This document shows, in pieces, positions 39,723 to 53,859 of a stretch of 64,000 nucleotides of DNA (its first letter is position 1; every line of letters starts with the position of its first letter). The translations under genes were made by a program, and so were the position numbers. The notes under the pieces were generated by a model. The model was not told the DNA's origin and searched no databases. It saw only the letters and a program-made list of their open reading frames with translations. This stretch comes from Mytilus trossulus (taxonomy: Eukaryota), in contig NC_086376.1 of NCBI RefSeq assembly GCF_036588685.1, positions 67,621,630-67,685,629 on the forward strand. Reading direction: 5' to 3'.

Positions 39723-41702
39723 ATGTGTTTCCACTAACCATATCTACCCTAATTTTTAGGGCATACCTTAAGACATTTAATGCCATTTTTGAACAAACAG
39801 TGTTAAAGTCAGACAGATTCCTTAATAGTAAACAGCTAAAAAAAAGTTTGTAAAATAAAATGATATTGCCTACCTACCTACCCTATTTTTTCCCCGCATG
39901 TTTGCAGAAACTACTGTTCAACATCTGCAACTTTTGAGAGATTATTTGGCATCCTCACTGGTCACTGTTAGTAATTGGACAATAGATCAATATTCAAAGA
40001 TAATAAATCCAATAAGAAGCACCAGTGGACTGACAGTATTGATGTAAATTGCCAGCAGGAAAATTTCAACATTTTGAACATTTCTGCCCCAGTAAGATTT
40101 TCTCTGTTTATAATTTCAGGTATAATACATAACTTGCATTTTACCCCTGTTAGTCAGGGTCATCTTACAAATTTTTAAAACAATCTTCCCCAATGATGAA
40201 TGCAGGGAAGTTTGGTTGAATTTGGCCCAGGAGTTTCAGAGGAGAAGATTTTTATACAAGTAAATGACAACAATGACTCACACCAAGTTTAAGAAAAGCT
40301 TGTGATCCCTTTTGGGCCAGTTGAGACAAAAATGAAAGTTTTTTGGAAAAGATTTATAATACAATACCAAATTACTATGCAAAATATTCAGTTGGTTAAA
40401 TTATCAATGAGATAGAAGTCAGCTTTTGAAGTGGCCAGTTGTTCTGAATTTACAAGAAATATTTGCCACTGGACAAAAAGCATACAAAAATCAGTAAATG
40501 AAAGTTTGAAGTTAAATACATGTATGTACAATAGCAAGTTTAATCCAGTTTTGATCAGATTAAAAGATGTCAAAGTGATGGGTGTCCTACAAACAATCTG
40601 AATAGGAAACTTTCATATAAAATTTCTTTACTACATGTACCAGCAAATACACAATCAATTAAACTGTGACTGAATTTTATGAAGTTGAAAATATTTATCA
40701 AAATTGATAGAATTCAATTTTTTCAAGAGATTCAACCACCGTTTTTAATTCTAAACATGAAGCATATATTTTGCCCTTTTAAATGCTTCTTTGAGTTTAA
40801 ATTTTTCAAATTTTAAAGTACTAAAATGTTAAATACAAAAAATATAATATAAAATCTTCAGTTTCCTATAACACATTCAGCAGTGCAGAATTTAAGCAGT
40901 TCCAAAAATACTTTAAAAACACCCTGTAAGATATATGTAACATTGATATTATGCTTCAAACATCAGCATCCTCATATGAAGACAATATTTTAAAAATGTG
41001 ATTAATCTATCCCTTTTCTTTAAGAAATACCAAACATAAACTTATCTTAATTCAAACCTAGAAGGGTAATCTAACCTATAGAAATTAACCATTACTTGAA
41101 AAATCCATCTACCTCCATTTTTAAGATCATTTCTTTTTCAATGATCTTAACTATCATACTGTTAATTCTGAAGTTATTGTGATGTATCTATTAAAGCAAA
41201 AAAGTGAGAGTATCATAATATCAGTAGTGATTTTCCTTTAAATAATTTTGTGATCAAATTATTTCGATCTTGTGCATTTTAACTAGTAATCAGTGTTTCA
41301 CAATAATAAATGAATTCTGTACTTTCAGAATTAACAGTTTATCAGAAAGTTCTCACAGTAGATATGTAAAAGTAATGACCAAAGGCCTTAAATTAACATA
41401 TGAAACCAAAATATGTCAAATGTAATCATTTTAATACACATATATCATAATTCATTTTTTCCCCATTTATGTTTATAAAAACTCAATCTCATCAAAATTA
41501 GTTGTCTGATATGTTATGGGGTAAAAGTATAACCAATGCATAAAAAATTAAGACTTTAAAGGCACAAAAAATGGTGAACACTGCAAGATAAGAAAGTTTG
41601 AAAAATATGCAAGTATACCAAGTGTAGATAGCAACATGCTGTTACAGAAAGTTAATACATGTAAAATAAATCTACTTTATTAATTGTATTAGAGGATTTA
41701 CA

Positions 41703-42490
41703 TGTCAAGGGAGATAAACCCAAGTTTATTGTCATGCAAACTTTTTCATCCTTCAGAAAATTTGTGTGATGTCAATGGAGATAACCCAAGTTTATTGTCA
41801 TGTCCAGGGAGATAACCTAAGTTCAATGTCATGCAAACTTTGCATCCTTCAGAAAATTTGTGCGATGTCAATGGAGATAACCCAAGTTTATTGTCATATC
41901 CAGGGAGATAACCCAAGTTTATTGTCATGTCCAGGGAGATAACCAAAGTTCAATGTCATGCACACTTTTCATCCTTCAGAAAATTTGTGTGATGTCAATG
42001 GAGATAACCCAAGTCTATAGTCATGTGACACTTGATCACCATTCAGAAAATTTGTGCATTGTCAAGGAAGATAACCCAAGTTCATTGTCATGCAAAACTT
42101 GATCAATAACTGACAAATAAGGGCAATGACAAGGGAGATACCCCAAGTTCCTTGTCATGTTACACTTGATCAATAACCAGCAAATTTGCTCAATAGCAAG
42201 GAAATAACCCAAGTTTATTGTCATGCGAAACCTGATCAGTAACCAAAAAATTAGTGCAATGGCATGGGAGATATCCCAAGTTTAGTCATGCTAAACTTTA
42301 CCATCCAGAAAATTAGTACAATGTCACAGGAAATAACCCATATTTGTTACCATGCTACACTTCATCTAGAAAATTAGTGCAATGTAAAGGGAGATAACTC
42401 AATTTTATAGTTAGAGAATTCATGCCATCTCAAGGGAGATAACCCAAGTTTATTGTCATGCTACACATCACCATCTAGAAAATTAGTGCA
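41703..42490. repeat. Degenerate minisatellite (core GGGAGATAACCCAAGTTTATTGTCATG; units of about 31 and 61 bp)
   Basis: The core recurs more than 12 times and decays towards the right. Confidence 0.9.
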
Positions 42491-43517
42491 AACTACAACA
42501 AAAGAAATCAAATCTTACCAGTGGATTTTTGATCTGAACCTGTAGTTTAAATAAATATCATTATAGCCCTCCTCAATGATATTAGTTTCATTTTCAGTTT
42601 AAAACCTGGATATTAGGGACATGAGAAATTACATCCATAAAAAGTTATTCACAGTTATTTTAAACATTTGAGTCTTGTTTGATTCAAGTCCAGGACTCTT
42701 TTTTGAAAAATTTCCTCATTTGAAAACCTTGCTCTGAATTTCCACAAAAATTTTGTCTTTTTGTATTTTCTAATGGTTCTTATTTTGTAGTCCTGGGCTA
42801 TATATCTAGTAATGTGTCGTTTTAGAGATAAGAATGCACAATTCAATTTTACCTTAAAACCTATCTTCATTAGCAGGTGTACACTGAGCTTTAAGAGGTC
42901 ACTAAACAAAATATTAAAATCAAAAACAATCAAAAACAATGAACCCTCAACTGATGTCAAGGTCAAACTATATAATAACAGATCCCTAAATATCTGTTCA
43001 TTTCATACCCAATATTTTCAAACTTTTGTAGATGACAAACACATTCCTCAAAACAAAACAACATTATAGGGATATTTGTCTTATATACAAATGTAAAGTC
43101 AGTAATGACAGCATTAACCCAATGATGAACTGAACATTTTCACACTGAAATACTATAGAGGTCAAGGTCATAAAATATCCCAGACAGACATGAAGCCCCA
43201 TAAAAATACAACCCCTTAACCAAATATTGTTTACTCAGTGATCTTATAATTTATATAAAATCCTGGTGAATATGTATTCTATATATTACAATAATTTGCC
43301 TCTGCATAATATGATATGGTTTATACTGACTGAGGAATGCTAATGACTTATACCTAAATGAGAAGTGCAGTAAAATGAAATGTGTCTTCCACCACAAATA
43401 AACATAAAATTCTAGAAAATGTTTCATTAATAAACTGTTCTACTACATATGGAACAATCAATACTAGTAACTACTTGTTTCTTCTTTTTATCAATTCTGC
43501 TGATCATTTCTTTTTAC

Positions 43518-43653
43518 CTGCAAATTGATTCAACGCAAAATCCGGTGTACCTTGGTGAGTGTAGCGCTTCATGTTTACATCACTGGGTAGAATCTGAGTT
43601 GGACGAAATATCACTTGGTCTTGAGGCTGAACAGTGCTCTTATCAAACTGTTG
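43518..43653 (-). CDS. LRRC49: LRRC49-like N-terminal exon (QQFDKSTVQPQDQVIFRPTQILPSDVNMKRYTHQGTPDFALNQFA)
   Basis: Acceptor tttttag, donor CAG|gtaaaa, 136 nt open, phase 0 to 1. GC content is higher than the flanks. Confidence 0.7.
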
Positions 43654-44405
43654 CTAAAAAATAAAGTTTAAAGGTCAAATGTAAAAGAATAGCATGTAAT
43701 ACAAACTTATATTCTAAGTTTCCATTTTTTTTATTTGATATGCATATATTTTATACTGTCTGAAAATTTAAAAAAAATTTTTTTTAGTTCTTCTTAAGGA
43801 GTCACTTGTATTTTTAGGTACATGTAACTTATCATTTCATTTTCTTGTATTTCAATGAATTTTCAGTTTATGACATGTTTTTTCCTCTTAAATATCTTTA
43901 TTTTAAGCATTTCTTATACAGAATTGCAGATAAAAAGTCGGTAGCCTGTCAGAAATATAAAAATGTCAATAAAAGATAATCAAATTACTGCTATTTCCCT
44001 AAAACAGCTGAACAAAGTATTGATATGACTGCATTGGCCATGCATAAATGAATGTATATTTTAAACATTGTGCTGCTATAAATTGAGTCAACAGTGATAT
44101 AGGGGAAGTAACTCAGATAAAAACTATGAATCCACTACCAATTAATTATAACTTCTAATGTAAAAACATGTAAAAAATTATAATAGATATTTCACTGCAA
44201 GGGAACAAAAAGGTATATTTAGTCAATTGGTATAAATTATTTTAAAGTTAATGACCTGAATTAATACAAGATTAAAAAATTTAGTATCTATATATAAAAA
44301 GAAAGGAAAAAAAGGTAGGAAATGGCTCTGGAAAAATCCACTATAAAATTTAAATGTGTAAATGGATATTTGATGGGGAGACAGGATCAACCAGGAGCTT
44401 TATAC

Positions 44406-44482
44406 CTCAGTCCTCACGTCTTTCTGATTAACAGAAATTCGGTTTATTTTCACCCTCATATTTGAATAATTACTCTCCATTC
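44406..44482 (-). CDS. Candidate alternative exon with its own ATG (MESNYSNMRVKINRISVNQKDVRTE)
   Basis: Acceptor gttttag, ATG 2 nt into the exon, GAG|gtataa phase-0 donor compatible with 43653. Confidence 0.35.
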
Positions 44483-46331
44483 CTAAAACATATACATTTG
44501 TACATGTATATACATATATAAAGGGAGATAGGAAAAAAACTTATAATTGAATTTCATGTTGCTGTTAGTAGTACACTTTATAACATAACAACTGCATATT
44601 CAAATTTTATCTTCAAAAAGATTTAAACTAGTCTTTTACAGTACCTACGGATCTACATATATGCATTCTTTTTATTTCTTTTAATTTGAAATGATTGCAA
44701 AAAGCAATCATTATCAAATTAAAAGTAAATCATATAAGTTTCATCAAGTGCCTTTACAGTGAAATGTTAAAATTCCATTCAGCTACCAAACCTTGTGATT
44801 TAAAGAATAAAATAAATGTAAATAGTTTAAAATGAGTAAAAGGACATTTGAGATAAACAATAATAAGACAAACTAAACAAGATGAACAAACTAGATTTAG
44901 AATAGACAATTTTATATAAATAACACTGTTAGTTTTCTTGTTTGAATTGTTTTACAATGTTTAAAAAGACTAGGAGAGGTCACATTCAGGCTTTCTCCAA
45001 TAATCAAGCTTGTCATTTCAGGGCCTTTTATAGCTGACTTTGTGATATGTATGGACTTTGCTCATTGTTAAAGGCTGTATGGTGACCTAAAGTTGTTTAT
45101 TTCTGTGTCATTTTGGTCTCTTGTGGAGAGTTGGCAATCATACCACATCTTCTTTTTAAAATTTACACTTCAGGTCTTCAACATACATGTATATGAAAAA
45201 TTTAAATTCTGAATATATATTGATCAAAATTGAGCAGATGAAAGAATATCTGACACAAAATTCTCACTAAAGTAATCAAACTGAATATTTCGTATATCAT
45301 TTCAATTGTAATGAGATATGGTTTATCTTAAACAATAGTTAGGACTTCACACATCACGGGAATAAACCATTCTATAAAAATATGATTTTGTGACACAACA
45401 AACATTACAAGATGGGTTTGGTTAATACAGCAAACAGTTTTGTATATAGGTAAAAATAAATGTACAACATCTAGTATACTAAAGCTCATATGTTTTTTTA
45501 GTGTGTTAGCATGTCAAACTAAATGATTATTTTAAAAGTTGATATTGAAAAAAATTCTGAAGTACACTTGATTGAAACAGAGGAACATTTCTGTGAGTCT
45601 GTTCTTACCTTAGTTTTCATTGTCTTATTTTACAATTCAATTCACAAACAGATTCACCTCTAACAAAATGTCTTTAAACTTCAAAGTTACAGCATAATTT
45701 TGTCCAATTTTTCATTTGTAATGAATTTCTTACATGAACTAATAATCTTAATTGTTTTTAGCTGAATAATTAAATCAAACTTTGCAGCTGTAAGAAAAAA
45801 ATCTAATTTAAAACTCCCATTGTATATTTGTTCTTCTCATGTTAACTTTAAATACTTTATGTCATTCAAACAAACCTACATGTATTTTATTACCATCGAC
45901 CAAAGTATTACAAAGTTCTATGTTGGAAGCTCAAAATGACAATGCATAAATAAAATATTAATAAACTAACTTTATGTTTTACTTGTATGATTTGATAGTT
46001 TATCAGACCCAAAAAATAAAAGAGTTTGAATCAATATTAAAAATACATTAATAATTTAAATGGAAATCCTCTTTAGTTTACTTTACTCATATAGAATGAT
46101 TTATTATAAAGCATTCATTTAATCTATTTTGAATACAACCATTTCTATACTTACTTCATGTATAAAGTCATTTAAGTTTTTGAGATTTTAAAATCACCTT
46201 TATTTCGCATCTGTTTGTTTACTTTGCATTACTACATTTATATAAATATATTTAATTTTAAATAAAACAGAAATATCAGCAAATAGCAATAGGATTCATA
46301 CTTGAATTAACTACATTTATATAAATATATG

Positions 46332-46743
46332 CAGTGATATTGTTTGCCTTAAATTAGTGGAGAATAAAGGCTTTTTCCCCTGGAGAAGAATCCCAATTTG
46401 AAAAAAAATGGCTTAAAATTATTCCCAAAAAGACAATTTTCTTCCCAAAGAGTGCTGTCTTAGAAGAAATTGTGCATGAATATAAACTGTAAAACACTCA
46501 TTTAAAAATTGTTCACGCCTAAAATGACTATATTTGCAGATTTAAGGGTCTATTTATGTATCATCACTGACAAATTGAGGTTTTATTTTAAAGCAGGGTT
46601 TGACTCTTGAAAATGGCTCTGTAAATTGAAGTTTCAGTCAAATTCATGGTTAATTTTAAATTTCCCAATTTGATGAAAATGACGCATATTTTCCCAATAA
46701 AAAAGGGTAGAGGTAGTTTTGAAAAAAGCCAACAATATCACTG
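46332..46743. mobile_element. hAT-like MITE
   Basis: TIR CAGTGATATTGTT / AACAATATCACTG with internal TTCCCAA repeats. TSD is unclear. Confidence 0.65.
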
Positions 46744-47939
46744 ATATTTACTTTTAAATAAAACAGAAATATCAGCAAATAGCAATAGGATTCATACTTG
46801 GATTAAGCATAACTGTCATTGGATCACACTTGATAATCAGGATAGGTCTTTTTAGTTACTACTAGCTTTTTTTGAAGCAGTACTAGTAACTATTGTTTAA
46901 CATGTGTGTTGGATTCCTAAATGATATATATCAAATTAAACTGGTGTTGGTGAAAGTTCCAGCATTTATCAGGATAAAATTTTGAAAATTTCATCTTTAT
47001 CTGATAGAAGTTGGGCATAAACTTTTAACACCTCCATCTGAATCATCTGTAATTTATTGTTCAGGAGAAAAATATTAGTCAAGTGTTGTTGTTTACTACA
47101 ATCTCAAAATCCAAAGGGCCATAACTCAAAACAACAAGCTTTTTATAATTAGTCAACCTAATTCTGTATTCAAACGTGTCATTTTTTAGAATAAAACTAA
47201 ATATTATTTTAAGTTGATAAATTCAAATAAAACAGGAAGATTATACATTTCTAAATCATAGATAGATTAAATTAACAATTTACACCTCCTCCATCTTATG
47301 GAGAGGCTTAACATTTTTCTTAAAAGTTATATTTGGTAACAATTGAGATGTAAATATCAAAAACTGCAGTTTGGAAAGAAGCTTTGTTTTAACTTTGGGT
47401 ATTTTCATGGTATAACAGCTAAAGGAATATTGTAATGTTAAAGAAATATTGAAATTTTGTATTGTCATTATACTTTTCTTAGATTATCTGCATATTTATT
47501 AATATTTAACATATGGTATCAATTTGGTTTGAACCCAAATTTGTAGGTGAGTTTTAAAAACAATAATGATCAATAGTGACATTTCTGTGTTATTCATGTA
47601 AATAATATTACTTGGGTGATTATCTCAATGCAGATATAACCCTCAGTCACAATAATAAATCTCATATTTTTCTTAAATCTTCAAAAATCACAATAATAAA
47701 TGCATGCAAATATTTGAATTTACAGTTCTACTTTTTAAACTTATTACATGTACTATCCAGTGTTGACATCAAACTTACATGTACCTGTCTCTATATAGAG
47801 ATCAAAGATAAACAAGATCTGCTGCATACACATACAAACTAGTACATCATCATCATCATCATCATATACAATGTACATACAGTGTTTAAGACAGTTAAGT
47901 CCTTCAAAAAAATCTTTTTTATTACAATATATAACTTAC

Positions 47940-48035
47940 TGTGTGTCTTGAGAAAAGGGAACTTTGTAAGTTACCACTACTAACTGTAGGAACTATTTGT
48001 AAGGAGGCTAAAGAGTTAGTTGTATGTATGTTAGT
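47940..48035 (-). CDS. LRRC49: LRRC49-like N-terminal exon (TNIHTTNSLASLQIVPTVSSGNLQSSLFSRHT)
   Basis: Acceptor ttttattgcag, donor ACA|gtaagt, 96 nt open, phase 0-0. Confidence 0.65.
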
Positions 48036-49606
48036 CTGCAATAAAATAAAACTTTTTGTTAATCATTAAAACACTTCAAACAGCAACAAAACTAACAAAA
48101 AAGTGTGCGAGTATTTTTTAAAAGAATATACATGTATGCATTGTAGTCTCAATCAAACCTTAACATGTATATCCTCTGTCTTAACCATGTTCATGATGTT
48201 AATGGCTTTTTTGTTTTCATGTTTTAGAAATGTGATACAATGTTATTTGTCTTGAGCCAATGACCAACATGATTGATAAAAACACAAGTTGACAGCAGAT
48301 GTGAGCAGGTCTTTACATTTGAGTAAATTTTAAACTGTTCACAATCTACATGTACATAAAGTATGATAAGATGAATGCATTAAGCTTAAAACAACACTTT
48401 TTCTTATACCAAAACATCTTTTCTTAGAAATGTTTTATTCTTTCTTTAAACAAGAGTCCAGCTTGCCATTGAAGGACCACTATTTGCATAATATAGGCTT
48501 TAAGAATTGTTAAGTTTAATGAAAAATTACCAATACTCATGAAAAATCTTATAATGTTCTACATTTGTTCTTGTATCTTATACCTCATATAACTAATAAT
48601 TGTAATTTGCTTCATGTGTCTTATTTATATACATACTGTATTCATTGCTTTAATTTGGCAAAGAAGATATATGCTTTAAACATTGTTAAATAAACTAGAC
48701 TTAACATTTGAAAGCCTGATTATAAACATTTTAAGAAAAGAAAAAAATCTTCATTGGCACTATCAGAAAATCAAATCAAAATCTTATAGCTATAGATTAA
48801 GGAACATTTACTTATCATTGATACAAAAAATGTACTACATGTATGCATAGGTTTCCCCTGACATCATGGACATAAAATGAGTAGGAGGTTGTTTCTTTTG
48901 GCTGCCATGACAGAGCAAATGGGTTGTTTTCCTTAATTGAAATATGTTGCAGAATTAACTTTCATCATAACAAATGGACAAAAATGGCTGTATTTACTCT
49001 TCTTCTTCTTCTAAGTAAGGAACCAAATTCAAAGTGAATGTGTATGCAATGGTCCTGCAAAAACTTTGCGGAGTGCTGGAATTTATTACTCCTCAAAAAC
49101 TACTCAGGAGTACTGACAATAACCAGTATGACCAATTAGGTTGGAACAATATTCTAAGCCAATAATTTCAGGACTGGCATTCACTAGCTATATAAAATTT
49201 TAATGCATTTAGCCTTCAGAAATATAAAATATTTTGGGTATTTTGATGGGCATTTAACAAGTGCATATGTCATGATATTCCTAGATAGCACTATAAGCAC
49301 AATGTTTGATAATAAGTCTGCTCATATGCTGTTGTTAATGAGATGAAAGGACTTAATGGTTAATTGAAAATACCAGAATTGAGGGTACATTCAATCCATT
49401 CAGGATTCAATCGCAACAAAACTATAGCACCTTTCAAAGAATTTCTATAATGATGCCACAATTGGAGAGCTAAGAAAATCACCAAACTTTTAAAGGGTGG
49501 TGTTATTTCAAATTAAAGTCCACAGTTGACACTTGTTGTAAAATGTGTGTTATTACATATTTTATTGCTTGTGAAGTTGTGTGAAATTATGTTTCGACTG
49601 TCGTAC

Positions 49607-49648
49607 CTCTCTTGTTAGAGTCAATCGACTTCTAGGTTTGTTGTACAT
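49607..49648 (-). CDS. LRRC49: LRRC49-like, probable first coding exon (MYNKPRSRLTLTRE)
   Basis: ATG at 49646-48, 14 open codons, then donor GAG|gtacga (phase 0). Lies just downstream of YY1/NRF1-like motifs and is phase-compatible with the exon at 47940-48035. Confidence 0.6.
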
Positions 49649-49788
49649 TACTGTCAACAAATAAAATGAGAGTCGGTAGTGTGGTCACTTTCTCAAATAA
49701 GCCATCATACATTTTGACTTTACACTGGATTGAAAAAGTTTATAATGAGTTAAGTTTAAATGTTTGTGTCCTTAGCCACCAATTTAAT

Positions 49789-49833
49789 GCCGCCATCTTG
49801 AATCATAGGAAGCCATCAACGTACGCATGCGTA
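49789..49833 (-). promoter_or_regulatory. Probable LRRC49 core promoter/5'UTR: YY1 motif plus NRF1-like palindrome
   Basis: CAAGATGGCGGC (minus strand, 49789-49800) is the canonical YY1 site typically found just downstream of a TSS. TACGCATGCGTA (49822-33) resembles the NRF1 palindrome. Both lie about 150 nt upstream of the first ATG. Confidence 0.6.
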
Positions 49834-50304
49834 AAAGGGAACAGGTACTTGTTTTAATTTCTCCTAATGAAAGAGCACCGCACAAAAGGGTCTCAATATT
49901 AGAGCAAGGATTTGTATAGTCCAAGGATTAGTATAGTATAACCTGGTATAACTATACAAATCCTTGACAAGAAGAATAATTTAGCGACAAGAAATTTAAA
50001 TTTCTATAAAAAAAATAAAGTCCACTTATTTATAGGAAGGATTTGTATATGGTCTTTATAGCAAATAATAAAATTGAGAATGACAATGGGAAATAGTGTC
50101 AAAGAGACAACAATTTTACCCGACCATATTACACATCAAGTTTTGAAACATAGATCTAGTGCTACATGAATTTGTGATTATATGTATTACAGCAAATCAT
50201 TATATTACATTTTTGCCTGTCATATTATGATATCAATTCTTTACTTGTGTTTTAAAATTATTTTCTCTCTCTCATTTTTTAACACTCTCTTTGTCTAATA
50301 TATA

Positions 50305-51283
50305 TGTTCCGGACCATATGAGTATCTGGACCATACGCGTATGGTCATGACCATATTGGTATATACTCATATGGTCCGACCATACGCGTACGGTTCGACC
50401 ATACGCGTATGTTTGGTGCGACCCTTCTGGTTGTTACGTCACTAAAATGTAATTTTATTATATATTAAAACAACTTATTAAAAAAAAAAACAGTTTCACA
50501 CAGTTAATAATACTGATTACTATTTGTAAGTACAATTATAAGAAGATGTCAAAATCAAATGAACATATTGTTAAAGGAATTTTATGGTTTAAAGTAGGTT
50601 ACATCACCGGCAAGGATCATGATATTTATTTAAAGATCATGATATTTTTTAAGACATTTTTGATAAGTAAAATATTAAAAGTGTATGTTTCTTTATTTTT
50701 TTCTATTCTTTATTTCTATATTTTGTATTCTAATCTTAATTATAAGACCGGTAAAATAGCATTTAAGAGCTATGAAATAGCCACTGCTATTATTTGATTT
50801 GATCTTTAATATTCATTTTACGATATAGGAGATCTAGAGTTGGACATTTCCGATCTAAAACAAGCAATCGCAGAAAAGCTACATGTATGGTACCGTGTGA
50901 AGGTCATCCGAAATATACAAAAGTATACACGAATAAAATTAGCGATGAAAACTAAGATCAACTGACTGTGGCATCAATCAATATTTAATGTTTATGTAGC
51001 TTTTGAAATGTAAAACTAATACTTTTTTTTTTTGTAAACACATTTGTTTTTAAGATAAAGTTTATTGTTTTATTTCTATTGTATTTTTGAAAAAATTACC
51101 TATATGGTCCAAATACTCATAAGGTCCGGCCCGCATATGGTTAATAACCAAACGAGTATAATACTCATATGGTCCGACCATACGCGTACGGTCGAACCAT
51201 ACGCGTATGGTCGGACCATATGAGTATACGCATATGGTCATGACCATACGCGTATGGTCCAAATACTCATATGGTCCGGAACA
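50305..51283. mobile_element. Same palindrome-rich MITE family, copy 2
   Basis: Same TIRs as 4829-5864. The interior is diverged but homologous (shared ..GATATxGGAxATCTAGAG, TATGGTACCG, TTAGCGATGAAAA). Confidence 0.88.
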
Positions 51284-51309
51284 TGTACAAAGTTAAAGGT
51301 GTTATATTG

Positions 51310-52260
51310 GGCGCATTGCATTTGCGCCAATTTTTGAAAATTACAATCTTAAATTTGCGCCACACGGTTATATTTCATTTGCGCCAAAAAATAAAAACTT
51401 TACACTGAGGTAATTCAGGTAAGCAATAACGGAAGCGTTAAATATGCATTGCTCTCAAAGGTTTGTCTCGACAGTATTTCTCTGAATAATGGGTTGAGTT
51501 CAATGCCACACTTATTTCTGAAGCTGCGAGTCACGGTTTATAAATATATATATAAGTGTTCACATGTTTGAGGTGTCTATTAAGATTGACATTTTCATGC
51601 AATTTAAACATAAAACAGAAGAATTAAGTGTGTAGTATTTGATGATCACACTTTTAGTTTATTATCAGATCATACGTTCTGAAAAATGGAGACCAAGTCG
51701 TTTATTGGTACCCCAAATAAATAAAACCTGGCAAAGCCAGTATAACAACTGAAATGGACAGCAGTTCATGATAAAACGGACTATTTTTTTTTTTGTATCA
51801 ATATGGTATGCACTTGAGAGGAGGAATTTTACAGACACGAATACATCAGAGTCTTCGCTTACAAGTTTGGTGCCAGGGTAGACGTATAACTTTACAATAC
51901 TAGTAGTGTATCTTGCTTAGAATAACTCCAGTGTAAACTGTTTTCTTTCATGTTTCATATTAGGTGTTATGATCACGCTTATCTTTAACAGAACTGTGTT
52001 TCATAAGGGTTTTAACATTACTTGTGTGGTTTAATGTCGACTGATATCTGAAGAATATATTCAATTTTGCAAACAAAAACTTTTATTATCAAAAGTCTTT
52101 TTTTAAATATATGTTTTATACTTTTTACCTGTATTTACCCGTTATATTGGCACAATTGAAAGGTTTTTTATTTTGGCGCAAATGAAATATTGTTTGTGGC
52201 GTAAATGAAAGATTTTTTTGGCGCAAATGAAATGCCAATTGGCGCAAAAGCAAAGCACCG
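51310..52260. mobile_element. Non-autonomous Mutator/hAT-like element with subterminal TTTGCGCCA repeats
   Basis: Imperfect TIRs. TTTGCGCCA occurs three times at the left end and TGGCGCAAA several times at the right end. Flanks gttatattg and gttataatg match at 8 of 9 positions (TSD-like). Confidence 0.7.
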
Positions 52261-53859
52261 GTTATAATGTAGAAGCAATTAAAAATAAGTGACACGCGTA
52301 TCGCTTTTCTTAATTATTTGATTTCAGTTATTCAAAACATAGTCTATTGTTCCTGGGAACAATATATATGTATAATATATATGTTCCTGATTGTTCATAA
52401 GGACAAATGAATTAGACACATACATTTTTTTTAACTTAGTAACGTCACTTCAGTTTGATGTTTCATATACGATGACACGTCCGTTTTATATACGTAAGAG
52501 CAATATATTTGCTCATGGTGAGAATATTGAAATTCTGATTTGTACTGGATATTAATAAGACGTGCTTATCTGAATTCCAATCTATAATAACAGAAGTCCA
52601 TTACTAGACTAGTAGTCTCCTATGGACAGTTGGGTCATTAGCAATCATACCACATCGCCTTTTATATAGTAATGGACTTCAGATACCAGTTAATTAAAAA
52701 CAAGTCAGAACTCTGTTCTGAACCCAGAAAAAAAATCAAATAAAAAAAGTCGAAATCTTTTTTTTTCCATCCTGGATTTGCCATATATATTTTTTTCCAA
52801 AGAGCAACACCATGGATTACTTGCTATTTTCTGCATTGTTCTATGTGCTTTTCGTATGACATTCATGCAATCATGCATGGTATTATGTACATGTCCATCC
52901 TGCCTTTCAGCACCAGACCAGACCGGAATCTTCAATCAATTCTATTTTATTTACACAAAGTCATGTTCATTTATGTTTGGTAACTACCGATGATTGCAAA
53001 TTGTTTCTAAAGTTAATAATTCTATTACATAGAAAAAGAAAAATGAAGTTATCCAATTACAATCCTCTTCATGTCTCGTGTGCATTTTCTCAAGCGGTGC
53101 TAAAGGATTTTGACTTTTGAAAATCAAAAGAACTGTCTATGGATTTTTATATTATTTCAACTTTTTCGTACCTCGATGGATGACGAATTTTGATATGTTG
53201 TGAGAAGATGTGATATGATTGCCAATTAAACAGCGTTTCAAAAAGGGACGGCAAACGACGTAGAACTAAAGTTAGTACGTATAGACCACCACACACACAT
53301 TCTTTATCTATTGGTTTATATAGTGATTACTCAGCTATTTTAAAATTAAATTTGATCGGCTGATCTTTCCTACTTAGCTTTTAATTTGCATGTTCATTTT
53401 TTTTTTAATGTTTTTTTCTTCTGTCTTTGCCTAATTATTTTTTCTTCATTACATCCTTGTTTTAGAAATTTCTTTGTGTGTGTATGTATATGTAGGCTTG
53501 AAATTCATAATCCCTTTATCCTTTGTTAGTTCAGTATAACTTGTATTAATGTAAACAAATCTGCAACAATGCAGCGAATATAACATGTATAATGCATCAA
53601 GATGTCTGTATAAAAAACCCTCGTATCGCATCTATTTAATCCGCATTATTGCTTTATTAATTACTGACTTATATACTTAAGATTACACAAGGAAAATAAT
53701 TATTATACTTATTCATTTCCCTTATCAATGTAGCAAAAGATTTCTCCTGTTTTGATTCTTATTATTCATTGCAGATATAATCTGCTTATAACCTTAAGTG
53801 TATTCTTCCGCGTTACATATTAAAAACGTAAAATTTATCGTAAGCCTAAAATATTGGTT

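Noticed and set aside
49789-49796. ATGGCGGC as the LRRC49 start codon
   Set aside because: That frame stops after 18 codons. It is better explained as a YY1 motif or uORF.
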